From positions 7,007,794-7,071,793 of the forward strand of contig CAVNZM010000010.1 of assembly GCA_963693365.1 (NCBI GenBank): a stretch of 64,000 bases of DNA, in the 5' to 3' direction. A program made the translations under genes and the position numbers. A model generated the notes under the pieces. It did no database searches, was not told where the DNA came from, and saw only the letters and a program-made list of their open reading frames with translations. This document shows positions 27,361 through 40,684 of the stretch, in pieces; within the stretch, counting starts at the first letter, position 1, and each line of letters opens with the position of its first letter. Source of the stretch: Amoebidium appalachense (lineage: Eukaryota; Protista; Ichthyosporea).

Positions 27361-28935
27361 CGATAAAGTAGAAATACGGAAAGGAGGAAAAGTTGATCAA
27401 GGACTCGTACTGTGATTGGTTTGATTGATCGAGGAAAATTTAATAAAGTTTTGCGTAAAGCACATATTAATGTTTGCGTAAAACACATTATCTAAAGAAA
27501 AGAAGGAACTTCAAGTTGTGCCTAAAAAAGCTAATGAATAATAATGAAAATTACGCAAAAATACGTTAGCCGAGAATGGAAAAAGTTATATTTAGATGGG
27601 CCCCACAACAGAGGGCCAAGCGGCCACAACAGAGGGCCAAGCAACCGACGCGCAGCTGTTTGCGTACGTATATAGTGTTGCTCCAAGAAAGTTTCTGTTT
27701 TGTACTGTTCACGTCTGTTTGTTTCCGTAGCTACACTGCAGCTGCGGAAAAGTGTGCTATTATTATATTCTGCCTTTTTAAGTGAAAAGTTTGTGTGCGT
27801 ACGCTTTTGTAAGCATTACCAATAATATGGCTATGCAAAGAGGCCTTTTCCAAGGCAGCCATGGTGCTCACACATTTTCTTTCAGAAGAGAAGACGTAAG
27901 TGGTCTGAACTATGAATGTTACTTCAGAAGCATTGGAACAACGCGTTCCCAAGCTTGTATGCAAGTTGTCAGAACGCAGCGAGTTCGAGTTCGCAGGTGC
28001 GGTCGCTACTTGCACCAGAAATTTTAGTGCACTTTCTGGCGGAGTTTGATACCTTACCTCATGACCATCCACTGAAACACTCGTTAGAACAATACATGGT
28101 TACGCTTGACCAAACAACTCGTTTAGAACACAAGGTGAGGGTGCGGTTGGAAGGCAGAGTTGCGGGGACCTTTGAGCGGGAAGAAATGTAGTACTGTGTT
28201 TGTGTTCTGAGAACAGTCTCATTGAGGAATCCGAACTTGAGAATCTGCACACAATCGCTGATTCTTTTTGGGAAGAGGGACTTCAACACTGTGCAACATA
28301 CGAATTATGTGAACAGTACCTTTCCACTGTAATCGCGTGACCAATGGTGCAAGACTTAGTCGAAGTACTTCCAATTGTACAGGAAAACGGAGGGAATTGT
28401 AGGAAGGCAAGCACTGGCTTTATAGACGCACTTGCGTACGTACAGAACAACAAAATAGCAGTTAGGGAAGAGGTCAGTACCGGAAACCTAAGGCTTCGGT
28501 TCCACACGAAGGATTCTCCGCTTTGGCCACAAAATGGACTTCCCGTAATAGTATGCCTGCACTGTAATCGGATTTTGCTATTGTTTGGGCTTTTTGGTAC
28601 CACGGATATCCTGCAAACTTGTATTTCTTTGTCTTTATTGTCATACGTATTTGTGGTCTTGTCTCGTAGTTCATCCTTTTCATATTGCAAAAGATACCAG
28701 CATCCAGGGATGCTCAAGACATCTTTTTTTCCCTCCTTGCCTCTTCAACTTGTGTCCTGCAGCACCAACTTCCATTGGCATTACATCATTTATGTGCCAT
28801 GCTCTTAGCTTCAGGCACTTTTGTAACACATAAGGATATACTAGACATTATCACCAATATGTTTTCATGTACCAGTGGTCATGTGGACCAACCAATAAAC
28901 GGAATTTTCATAGTTTTAGGCACCGGCGAGCTTAT

Positions 28936-29040
28936 GGCAGTGTCCACGCAATAAAAAGTGTGTAAACCCTTATACGCAGTAGGCCGTCGAATGTGGCTGG
29001 GCCTCCGGCAGTGTTCACGCAATAAAAAGTGTGTAAACCC
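28936..29040 (+). mobile_element. Two tandem, extremely truncated copies of the LINE 3' terminus
   Basis: Matches 18871-18937: ACGCAGTAGGCCGTCGAATGTGGCTGGGCCTCCGGCAGTG...ATAAAAAGTGTGTAAACCC. Confidence 0.85.
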
Positions 29041-29779
29041 CCTTATGCATGCCGTAGGCAGAGCCTCAGTATTCCAAGCAAAACCCCCCCCATACCTGAG
29101 ACCGGTCTCGAGTAAACAGCGTAAACCCCATGACCATATACGGCATACACCAATCGTAATGAGAGCTCGCACAGTCTCCCAATACCACAATCAGAAAGTG
29201 ATAAGTACTCGCGGCCCTGCGCTCGGCCGCGGCGGCGCCTGCTCCCGAGTTATAAAGCATTTTCCGATTTGGCACACTCTCGGTAGAATCACCCTAAACT
29301 GTAATGTATATGCGCCATATAGGCGGATCCCCCCTGACCACGTACTATCACATATACATCTGATCGACTATGTATGTGTGTACGTACACCTGCCGGCTTT
29401 CTGTTTGCGTCTCTGTTATTCGCCATAATCAGCCATAATTACGCCAAGTTAGCGAAGTTTTTTAACACATAATGTTACATTTAACCAATATAAAGCCTCC
29501 TCATACGTTTACCAAACTACCCCCGCCACGCACACATCATGCATATGTAGCTAGCGTATATGTAGCCTACAGGTCAGCCGCGGCTCAAGAAATTGAACGT
29601 TCAAGTCCTTTTTTAATGAAATTTAATATTTTTAATGCATAATGTCTTTGCCGTCGACGCAACTATTGACGTTCTATAGTAGACTTGTAGAATTATAGCA
29701 GTTATAGTACGTGCATTTCTCTTCGGAAAGCATAATACTATTAACCCAACATGGATATCCTTGGAATACTAGGAACCCA

Positions 29780-30140
29780 ACATGGATATCCTTGATGACT
29801 TGGCAGAAGACCAGTTTGACCGTGGCATACAGGTGAGGTTTTGTGGGGATAGCTGGGGCATACAGGTGTATGCATGTCTTCGATGTACCCATTCTTCACA
29901 GTGTCACTCTAAGCAACAAGTGTTTTCTTCCTCCTGCAGAATACACACTATTGTGACGTGAAACTGTTGACTAAGAACACGCGCGGGTTTGTAAAGGCTA
30001 CATATATAACTAGCGCACACCACACACCCACACCCGCACACACGCACACACTCACCAACACAGACACACACACACACACACACGCGTTGCAGCACACACA
30101 CACACGTTGCAGCACACACACACACACGTTGCCGCACAAA

Positions 30141-30239
<99 letters not shown>

Positions 30240-30908
30240 GCACAAACACACACACACGCACACGTATGTCCAGACGTTTAGCACTTGTGCTGAATTTACA
30301 TCTCGGGCAGAAACAGGCACACCCACAAACACACAAACCACAAAAGGTCGGTTGCAAGCAGGGATCGTACAGCACCATAGGCATGCGTGTCCTCCAGAAC
30401 ACAACAGACTTATGTTCGTTTTTGACCACCGAGACTGAAATGCACACTTTGATGTGTTTGCTATTCATGTTCCAGGCACAACTGTGTACTCTGTCTCATC
30501 ATTCACTCATGGGCCCTCTTTTCTGTGTCCACCTTAACAGGCCTGGCGGGCTGCTTTAAGACCGAACCGGGAAGGCAAGTTTGAGGAGATGAAAGGGTTG
30601 GACCATTATCGGGATGAAGACAAGTCGTGCACGGAGGAGGGTGCACGGTCCTTTTTGGCCCAGTTTGCTTCTCGCCCTAGGGAGTGGCTTTCAACACCTC
30701 CGTTTATGCCGACTTCAGTGAGGCCCGAGACATTATCGGTTGGGGTGACTACTATCGCACAAGCGACCAATGGACCATTTGGGGTAAATTTGGCTCGCTT
30801 TTTCCTTTCTTTGACGACTACGGTTTCAACCTCACAGTTTCGGCAAAAAGAGCAGAGGGGGAAGGACGACCTGCCATTCGAAAACAAGCTTTGCCCCAAT
30901 GTCGCTAA
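29780..30908 (+). pseudogene. Small spliced gene fragment of unknown function
   Basis: ATG exon MDILDDLAEDQFDRGIQ|gtgagg; aacag|AWRAALRPNREGKFEEMK...; VAFNTSVYADFSEARDIIGWGDYY...|gtaaat. Confidence 0.3.
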
Positions 30909-31370
30909 TTTTTTCAGGCCTGTGTCCACTGAGGTCGGTGATGTAGTAAGAGCAATCAGTGACCGCTTGGTTGTTCGCTACCTTAAGGTTTTACCCCGTC
31001 CAGCCCCCCCCCCCACCCCCATTCACCCCCTCATCCCCCCCTCTAGCCCCCCCCCCCCCCCCCCCCCCCCCCACCGCTGCGACCATTAAAAAAACAGACT
31101 CACAAGCACACCTGGTGTTGACAAGTAGCTCTCCATTTCAACCCCCCCCCCTCACGCCTCCCTGCCCGATTCCCACCATCGCCTCTTTCCCTCACGCACA
31201 CATGTGTTTTATGTGATTGATGTGTCGCTCTCCTTTTCTTTCACCACACCACTTCTTCCCTCTTCTTCCCTCTCCTCCCCCCCACCTCCCTTCGTCCTTC
31301 CTTTCCCCTCACAACACCCTCTTTCTCTCTCTCCCTCTCCTTCTCCCTCCCTCCCTCCCTCTCTCCCTTC

Positions 31371-31414
<44 letters not shown>

Positions 31415-31548
31415 CCCCCCCACCCCCCCCCACCCCCCCCACTCCCGTTCCCCCCTCTCTACCCTCTAAATCTCTCCAACGTTTGTGCCTTCTCTTCCTC
31501 TCCCCCTCCCTTTCCCTCTCTACACCTCTCTCTCTCTCTCTCTCTCCC

Positions 31549-31609
<61 letters not shown>

Positions 31610-32399
31610 CTCCCCCCCCCCCCCCCCCTTGCCTCTCTTCCTCCCTCCCCCCTCACTCTTTCTGTCCCCCCCCCCCCCCCCCCCCCCCCCCTCTCTCTCC
31701 AGTACATACACACTATGTCTCCTTTTCCACTCCTCCAGCTGCGCTCTTTCTCTCTCATTCCCTCTACTACTCTATCTTCTCCCCCGAGGTATTTCCTCCC
31801 CTCTCCACTTTCCTTACATCCGTTAATCCCCTTTCCCCTCTATCCTTCACTTTTCACACCCCCTATTACCACTCTCTGACACCCCCCCCCCCCCCCCCCC
31901 CCCCCCCCCTTTTTCCGGTTCCTCCCGCTCATCATTTCATTGTTGTGTATAATTTCTCCTTTGATGTATGCTATCCCCCCCCCCCCCCCCCCCCCTTCAT
32001 GGTTCCTTACTCTCATCAGATCATGCTCTTTTATCGTTGTCTTCTATAATGTCCTTCTTTCATGTTTGCTTCCTAACCCCCTTCCCCCCCCCCCCCCCCC
32101 CCCCCCCCCCCCTTCCCATGGGCCTGCGTTGACCGATTGTCTTTCTCTTCTCTCAGACACTTGCTTTCTTGTTCCCCCCCCCCCGCCCCTCTTTCCCTAG
32201 CCATCCCTCTCTCCTCTTTCTCCTTTCCCACTCGTCTCTTATTATGTCTTACCTTCCCGTCCTCCCCCCCCCCCCCCTTCCCCCCCCCCCCCCCCTCCCC
32301 CCCTCCCCCCCCTTTCCTCTGGATCTTTCCCCCTTCTCCCTCTCTCCTCCCTTGTCTTCCTATCTCTCCATTGTCTTCCTCTCCCTGCCCGCGTGACGT

Positions 32400-34323
32400 T
32401 TTTTCTCACATCCTCCGGCCTTTTTTTCGCTGATGATATTGTCTTAGTCACTCACGATCCTTCTATCATGAATAACATGCTTTCTCGAGTAGATGACTGG
32501 TGTTTCCGAAATTTCATGAAAATTGGGATAGATAAATGCGGCACCTTTTCTTCCAATGCACAGTACACTCTGAACAATCAACCTATCCCAATCGTGTCCT
32601 CCTATGACTATTTAGGTATTCCTTTCACCTCTAAGGGTATCTGGTTTGAGCGCCTTTTGACTTCGCGCATTTCTCGTGCGCATGGTCGCTTACATATCTA
32701 TCAAGGAATATTCGTAAATATCTTTAATATTCATCCTGCAAATTTGCTCACTCTTTATAAAGTTTTTCTTCGTCCATGTTTCGAATATGGCCTCCCGTTA
32801 CTCTTGTGTGCCCCTCCACGGCAACAGTGCGCGGCTCTTCCGGAATTCGATTCCTTTCAGGGTGAATTCATCCAGTTTATTTCTCGAACCTCGCGTAGGC
32901 ATCCTTTGGCGGCTCCCTTGCTGAGTGTTTTTGGTCTCCCTCCGGCGCGCCAGTTGAATGAATTAGGACTTCGCGTTTGTTCTCATTTGGTTAGGCTTCC
33001 TTCTTATCATCCTTTGTTGCAATTCTTTCCTTCTTTAGCACCTGTTCCCGGCATTTCTAATGGTTCGGTTCGTGTGACAAGCCAGATTGCCAGATTGCCA
33101 GATTTTTGTTTACCGGTAAAATTCAGCCATTCAGATCGAGCCATTATAAAAATATATTTCGTATTAATGCCAGAAGGTTATCCACCCCCTTTCCAGATGC
33201 CGGATTTTAGAAAGGGGGGGGGGGGGGGGGGTTTCCAGATGACGGCCGTGCAGGGATTGGGTAACCCAGGCCGCCAGAATGCAAGCGTAACCAATCAGCA
33301 GGTGCCTCCACAAAGGCTGCTTGGCCGTGTGACACAGCGTACGACAAAACGACAAAACGATACCTGTCACAACCGTAGTGTTGACAAAAGAGACGATTCC
33401 CTCTTCCTTTCATCTGATTTATTTGTATTTTTATTTGCGGATAACTCTCTTTCGCCCTCGTCTGTACCTTGCCCTTTGTCTTTTCCTTGTAGGGTCTCTC
33501 TTGAGACAGGAAAATGGGCGACCCAGATGAACACCACCGGCGGGTTGTGGCTACTATATTGCTCCTAACGTGTTACTCCGCCGCATTTTTGGCCTATACG
33601 TCCATAAACGCAACCGCTCTGGATCACACGCCTGCGTACTACCTAACTCGACCCTCTTTACTCCATCCCAAAATCGAGGAAACGCCTTGGTCCCGTTTGT
33701 GGTAAGGATGCGCCAGACACAGTCATTCCACTTTTGGCCTTGTGTCTCTCCCACTGTCTCCATGCATCTTTCATTGACTAAGCATGCATGCATGCCAACA
33801 CAGGCTCAAACGCACATGTGCACCCATGCATCCACGCAAACCCAAACCCGCACACACACCCACATACAAGCTTGCGAGCGCAGCACACACACACAGACAC
33901 ACACAGACACACACACACACACGCACACACACACCCACACACTCAACATGCCTTAATGCGTGCACGCGAGCACACACGAACACACACGCACACATACACA
34001 CACACACGCCGTGACATCCACCTGCGCGCATGCGTGCACGCGCGCACACACACACACACGTATTCACACACACACACACTCTCTCTCTCCGACTCTCCCT
34101 CCCTCCCTGTCCCTCTCTCTCTCTGTCTCTTTCTCTCTGTCCTAACAGGCCTCTAGTTTATCTCACACGTGCACACACACACCCTTCAATACGCGCACAT
34201 AAGCGCACGCGAGCACACACACACACACACAAGCCCGCGCGCGCGCATGCACACATACACAAACACTCGTACGTGTGCACGCGTGATGTGGGCACCCACC
34301 CGCCCACACACACACACGCACAC

Positions 34324-34381
<58 letters not shown>

Positions 34382-34501
34382 CGTGCCACAGCCTGTGACA
34401 CACAAGCTCACTCTGAGACACACACACACACAGACACACACACACACGCACACACACATACACCCCCCCCCCCCCCCTTTCCACACACAAACACGATACA
34501 T

Positions 34502-34536
<35 letters not shown>

Positions 34537-34596
34537 CACACAAACAAACACACACTGTGACACACACAACACACACACACACACTGTGACACACAC

Positions 34597-34678
<82 letters not shown>

Positions 34679-34696
34679 TTAACACACACACACACG

Positions 34697-34755
<59 letters not shown>

Positions 34756-35673
34756 ACACACGCACTTACATGCCCCCCCTCCCCTCTCCCGGGCCCTTCG
34801 CCGTACGATTAGCTCCGTGGTGGTCTTTCAAGTGTAGAATGCACGGGGACCTTACCCAAGTATGGGGTGGAGTGTGTGGGTGTGTGGGGTGTCGGTGGGT
34901 CGGAATGTGTGCCAGTGGGGGTGTGGGAGCGCGTGCGTGTGTGTGCATGTGCGCTTTGTATGGGTATGTGTGTGCGTGTGTGCGTGCTTGCGTGCGTGCG
35001 TACCTGGTTGCCTGCGTGCGTGCGTGCTTGCGTAGCCTTCGCCAATTTGCGGTTCGTGTAGCTCGATGATTTTAGCAAAATCTGCGTAAAAATCACGGGG
35101 AAAATTCATGTTCGTGTTCTTCGTCTCGTTTTACACGCAGCCTTTTTCGGTGGCAAGAGGTTTTGTTGACCTTTTATGGGTCTTGTTTTTATGGAAGAGC
35201 AACTTTGGAATGCTGACGTGCGTATAAAAAGCATTCATTCTACATTCGCTGCTTCTCATATGTAACTGTGTCTTTTTTGTTAGTTTTGCAGACTGTTGAA
35301 GGAAGTAACTTTCCGTGTCCATCTTTCAACCATTTCGTTTCTAAAACATTGGGCGGAGAGAAAGTATAGGACGCATGAGGGCTAGCCTGTTCACATAAAA
35401 GTTTTATGGAGCTGTTTCGGCTTTTTATTGGCCGGGTATTCGAAGGCTTTTTAACGTGTGTAGTTGACAGTTTGACAGGCCGAAAAGAACGTGCTCTTTG
35501 CACCATTCTTGCATCTTTCGGGTTGTTTCCTGTCAAGTACGCTGTCAAGTACACATGCACGCACACTCGAAAGCACGCACGCACATACGCACAGACGCGC
35601 GGACGCACGCACGCACGCACACACACACACACACACACACACCACATACACACACACACACAAACACACACAC

Positions 35674-35718
<45 letters not shown>

Positions 35719-36530
35719 CGCACACACACAAGCACACACACACACACACATACATGTAGTAAGCACGCTCGCACGCACGCACGCACGCACGCACACACGC
35801 ACGCACACACGCACGCACCCATCCACCTTAAACAAAATTTGGCACCCTAAAAATCTGGCAATCTGGCAATCTGGCGTCACACGAACCGAACCAATGTTTG
35901 TGCGAAATGTCCTATGTCCTATCCCCAATCTCTCTCCCATTCCGAGATATCCTTTTAAATACTTATCTCCTTTATTTTTCTCTTCTACTAGTTATCAGCA
36001 GTATGTTATTTGGTTTCATACTCAATATCCTTTGCTTCATCGTTGTGATAAAGAGTATCATGGTAGGGCTCTTGAGCCTGTGCTTCTTTATATATTAGAG
36101 ACTCGTCTATTTTCTTAACAATCGTTGTGTAAATTAGCTACTTATATTTATCCTTCCTCTCGTAAACCTACCACACTTACCCATTTTGCAATTCTAACCC
36201 CTCCTTGTGGCATAGCTTGGAAATGTTTATTTTGGCGCTGTAACCATTGTTTTTATAAATGTTTGTGCCACTTTTGTGCAGAACCTTTTTCTCGTAAACA
36301 CTTAGATAGATGTATTATTTATCTCAGATTATTCCGTTAGAAATTAGAAGACTGGCTCATTTAGATAATCCTGCTATTACGTCTATTGACTATCTGTTGA
36401 ACCACGGTATGTTTAATGAATTTTCTAGGGTGTATGATTATTTAAGTCGTTATCTCCTCCGTATCCGAGAGTGAGGGCTTTTGTATTTTCTTCTCGAGAT
36501 ATCGGTGATATCTCGATGGCTTCTATTTTG
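32400..36530 (+). mobile_element. 5'-truncated non-LTR retrotransposon (second family) split by a DNA transposon
   Basis: FADDIVL RT catalytic motif, WCFRNFMKIGIDKC, YDYLGIPF, YKVFLRPCFEYG. Resumes after 35892 with the CHFCAEPFSRKHLDRC zinc knuckle and IDYLLN. A perfect hairpin TCGAGATATC/GATATCTCGA and AATAAA lie at the 3' end. Confidence 0.9.
33062..35892 (+). mobile_element. Non-autonomous PIF/Harbinger-superfamily (PHIS, Pangu-like) DNA transposon with a transposase relic
   Basis: About 45-bp TIRs GGTTCGGTTCGTGTGAC(AA)GCCAGATTGCCAGATTGCCAGATTTTT and a 3-bp AAT duplication. Internal exon 33514-33701 YYLTRPSLLHPKIEETPWSRLW|gtaagg resembles, from memory, the N terminus of fungal Harbinger-type (DDE_Tnp_4) transposases. 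Confidence 0.8.
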
Positions 36531-36589
36531 CTGAGCATATCAATAAAGTCATTATAAAAAAGTTCTTTTCAATGTGGGGGGATGACAAG

Positions 36590-36913
36590 AGGTTGGTTTG
36601 GGGGGGAAGGGGGGGGGGGGGGGGGGGGGGGGGGGGGGCTGATGAGGAATCTGATGGGGGGGAAGGGGTCTGATGGGGGGTCGGATGGGGAGAGGGGGGG
36701 GGGGGTCGGGGGTGTCTGATGGAGGGGGAGGAGTCTGATGAGGAGTCGGATGGGGGGTCTGATGGGACAAGGGGGTAGGGGGATGGGCTGATGGGGAGGG
36801 GGGTCTGATGAGGAGTCTGACAGGGTGTCAGATGGGGGTAGGGGTCTGATAAGTGGTCAGGTGTGGGAGGGTGGTCTTTTATGCGAATTGTAATGAAGGG
36901 CGTGGAGCCAAAT

Positions 36914-36946
<33 letters not shown>

Positions 36947-37564
36947 ACAATAGGACTAATGGGAGGAGGGGGGGCGGGGGGTGATTGGAGGTTGTATGAG
37001 AGGTGGGGGGTCTGATGAGGAGTCTGAAGGGGGGGGGGGGGGGGGGTCTGATGAGGAGTCTGATAGGGGGTCGAATGGGGGTGGAGGGTCTGTTGAGGGG
37101 TTTGATGGCGGGAGGGGGAGGGGGGGGGCTGACGAGTGATCTGATGACGTGTGGGATGGGGGTGGGGGGTCAGATGACAGGTTGAATGGGGGGGGGGGGG
37201 GGGTCTGATGAGGGGTCTGATGGGGGGAGGGGAGAGGGGGGTCTGATGACGTGTCTGACAGGGAATCGGATGGGGGTGAGGGGTCTGATGAGGGGGGGGG
37301 GGGGGGGCGAGGGGGGGTCTGATGAGGGGTCTGATGACGTGTCTGATATGGGGTCGGATGGGGCTGGGGGGTCTGATGATGGGTCTGATGAGGGAGGGGG
37401 GGGGGGGGGTGGGGGGGGTCTGGTGAGGGGTCTGATGGGGGGTCTGACGAGGTGTGTGGTAGGGGGAGGAATGGGGTAGAGGGTCTCTCATTGGTGGTCA
37501 GGTTGACGGATTCTCATGCGCATTGTCATGCAGGGTATGGAGTCGAAGGGTGGAGGGGGGGGGG

Positions 37565-37602
<38 letters not shown>

Positions 37603-38240
37603 CTGGGTGTGAGGTTGTCGTGTGGAGGGTGATTAGAGGTTGAGGGGTAAGGGGTATGATGAGGAGTTTTGTGGGGGGGGGGAAGGGGGGGGAGGGGGGG
37701 GGGGGAGGGGGTCTGATGAGGTGTCTGATAGGGGGTCGGATGGGGGTGGAGGGTCTGATGGGAGGGGGGGGGGGGGGGGGGGGAGGGGGTTCTGATGAGG
37801 GATCTGATGACGTGTCTGATAGGGGGTCGGATGGGGGTGGGGGGTCTGATGATGGGTCTAATGGGGGAGTCGGGGGGGGGGGGGGGGGGGGGGGGGTCGT
37901 GTGGGGGGTGATTAGAGATTGGATGAGGGGTGGGGGGTATGATGAGTTGTCTGATGGGGGGTCGTCGGATACGGGTGGAGGGTCTGATGAGGGGTCTGAT
38001 GGGAGAGAGAGGGGGGGGGGGGGGGGGGTTCTGATGAGGGATGAGCTGATGACGCGTCTGATAGGGGGTCGGATGAAGGTGGGGGGTCTGATGACAGGTT
38101 GGATGGGGGGGGGGGGTAGGGGGAGGGTCTGATGAGGGGTCTGATGGGGGGGAGGGGGGGGGGGGGGAGTCTGATGAGGGGTTGATGACCTGTCTGATAG
38201 GGGGTCGGATGGGGGTGGGGGGTCTGATGATCGGTCTGAT

Positions 38241-38274
<34 letters not shown>

Positions 38275-38790
38275 CTGATGAGTTGTCTGATGGGGGGTCG
38301 TCGGATAGGGGTGGAGGGTCTGATGAGGGGTCTGATGGGAGAGAGAGAGGGGGGGGGGGGGGGGGGGGTTTCTGATGAGGGATCTGATGACTTGTCTGAT
38401 AGGGGGTCGGATGGGTCTGTTAGGGGGTACGATGGGGGAGGGTGGAGGGGAGGGGGGAGGGGGGGCCCTGATCAAGGGTCTGATAGGGGGTCGGATGGGG
38501 GTGGCAAGTCTGGTGAGGGGTCGGCGGGGGGGGGGGGGGGGGGTCTGATGAGTTGTCTGGTAGGGGTTTGGATGGGGGAAGGGAGGCTGATTCGTGGTCG
38601 GGGGGGGGGGGGGGGGGGGTCTCATGCGGATTGTCATGAAGGGTGTGGAAAGGGGGACGGATCAGGGATAGGGGGTCGTTTTTTCTTTGTTTTTTTTTTT
38701 TTTTTTTTTTTTTTTGGGAGGGGGGGGGGGGAGGGGGGGGGGGGGGGGGGGGATCTGATAGGGTGTCTGATGGGCGGGGGGGTGAATGGG
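36590..38790 (+). repeat. G-rich satellite of GTCTGATGA(G)n / GGGGGTCGGATGGGG units, with a further remnant at 39900-40080
   Basis: Dozens of TCTGATG motifs separated by G-runs, with higher-order repetition. Confidence 0.9.
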
Positions 38791-40604
38791 GTTACTGACA
38801 AGGAGGAGGGGGGGGGGGAGGGGGGGGGGGGGGGGGGGATATGCAGGGGTTGCTCGACGGGCCCCAGGCAAAAAGCGTGGTGTTCAACGCTCCAGTGCTG
38901 ACCAGCAGATGATAAAAGAGGCGATTGATTACCAGCCAACCACGTAAACTGCGGAGTAGGATGATATCGTAGGACGTCGCAAGCTGCACCGTGGGTATTT
39001 CATCTTTGAGTTTGGAGGCATAGTCTAAGAGCAGAATGTAACGCCGTGCACTGTGAAAAATTGCATTTTGTATGCTTTGTAACCCCATTTTGTTTGGTTG
39101 TCATTATAAAGATCAAGACCGTGATGAGTTTGGGATACCGTACCGCCTCATAATATTGATTATTTGTTTTTTATTTTTTTTGTAAATTTTTTTATAATCA
39201 CGGCTGTTCCATTTTGATGGATAATTATTTTGCTTTTTCTTTTATTTTTCTTTTCTTTCCATTTTTTTTTTTTTCTTTCCTTTTTTTCCGGTTGGTAGAG
39301 CACACACACACACACACCCACACACCCACACACACGTGTACACATGACGCACTGCGGACACATACACCCTTGTTAGTTCGTGCTTATGCGGTGGATGTCA
39401 ATTCTTCACGGAAGGGTGTGTGTGGTGGTGGTGCAGCTGGTGTGTGTGTGTGTGTGTGGTGGTGGTGTGTGGGGGGGGGGGGGGGGGGGGGGGGAGGGGG
39501 GGGGGGGGGGGGGGGGGGGTTTCACATTATTTATGGGGTTACATGGGGCGCTACATGAGTGTGTAACGACCTGAAAGAGCTGTACGTGGTTGGGCACACC
39601 GGCTCGATTTGTCATACATCAACCATTCAAAGCTTCTTGGATCTCTATGCCCTTTTCTAGGTCTTTGTGTGCAACCATTGTTGGCACATTGTGTGTGTGT
39701 GCATGTGAATGTGTTTGAATGTGTGTGCCACAGTGCGTGTGTGTGTTTGTAGCGGTGAGTGTGTGTGTGTGCGTGTGTGCGTGTCATGGCTGCGTGTGCC
39801 CATCTGCGCGACACAAAGCATTTTCATGTTGCGTACCACGAAGAGTTGGATGTTACAGTAACACCGTGGCAAGTTACCAACAGTAATTAATGTGAGTGGG
39901 GGGGTATCATGAGGGGATCAGGTGTCTGACGTGAGTTGAATGGGGGTAGGGGGCCTGATATGTCGTCTGTTAGGGGGTGGGGTCTGATGTGGTTTGTCAT
40001 GAGCGATGTGGAGTCGAAAAGGGGGGGGGGGGGGGAGGGGGGGTATCTTAGGACTAATGGGGGCCCGGGAGGGAGGGGGGAGAATGGAGGGGCTGGGGTG
40101 GTGTGTGCCCATGCGTGCGCGCTGGTATTCGCGACTGTCTGTGTGGGTGTGCCTGTGTGTGCGCCGGTGTGTGCCCGTGTGTATGTGTATGTGTGTGTCT
40201 GTGTGGTTACTTATCTCACCTCCCCCCCCCCCCCCCCCCCCCCCAACCCTTCTCCCTCCCTTGCTTTTTCTGCTTCCACCTCTCGCCCTCCATGTCTCTC
40301 TCTCTCCCTCCCTTTCTCTCTCTGTGCGTGTGTGTTCGAGCATATACACACATGAACACCTGCCATGCACGCACTTGTGTGTGTGTGTATGTGTGTGTGT
40401 GTGTGTGTGGTGTGTGTCAGAGAGGGAGAGAGAAAAAGAGAGAGATGTGAGAAAGAGAGAGGGTCAATAGATGGTTGTGTGAGTTCGCAAGCACACATAA
40501 GCACACATGCGCTAGGAAATGGTTGTGTGTGTTTGCATGCACACGCACGAAGAGAGGGTTGTGTGTGTTCGCGTGCACACACACATGCCATGCATGCACT
40601 TGTC

Positions 40605-40684
<80 letters not shown>

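Noticed and set aside
27700-28800. Possible spliced gene on the + strand
   Set aside because: Exon-like pieces exist, but phases conflict, there are in-frame stops, and no family was recognised.
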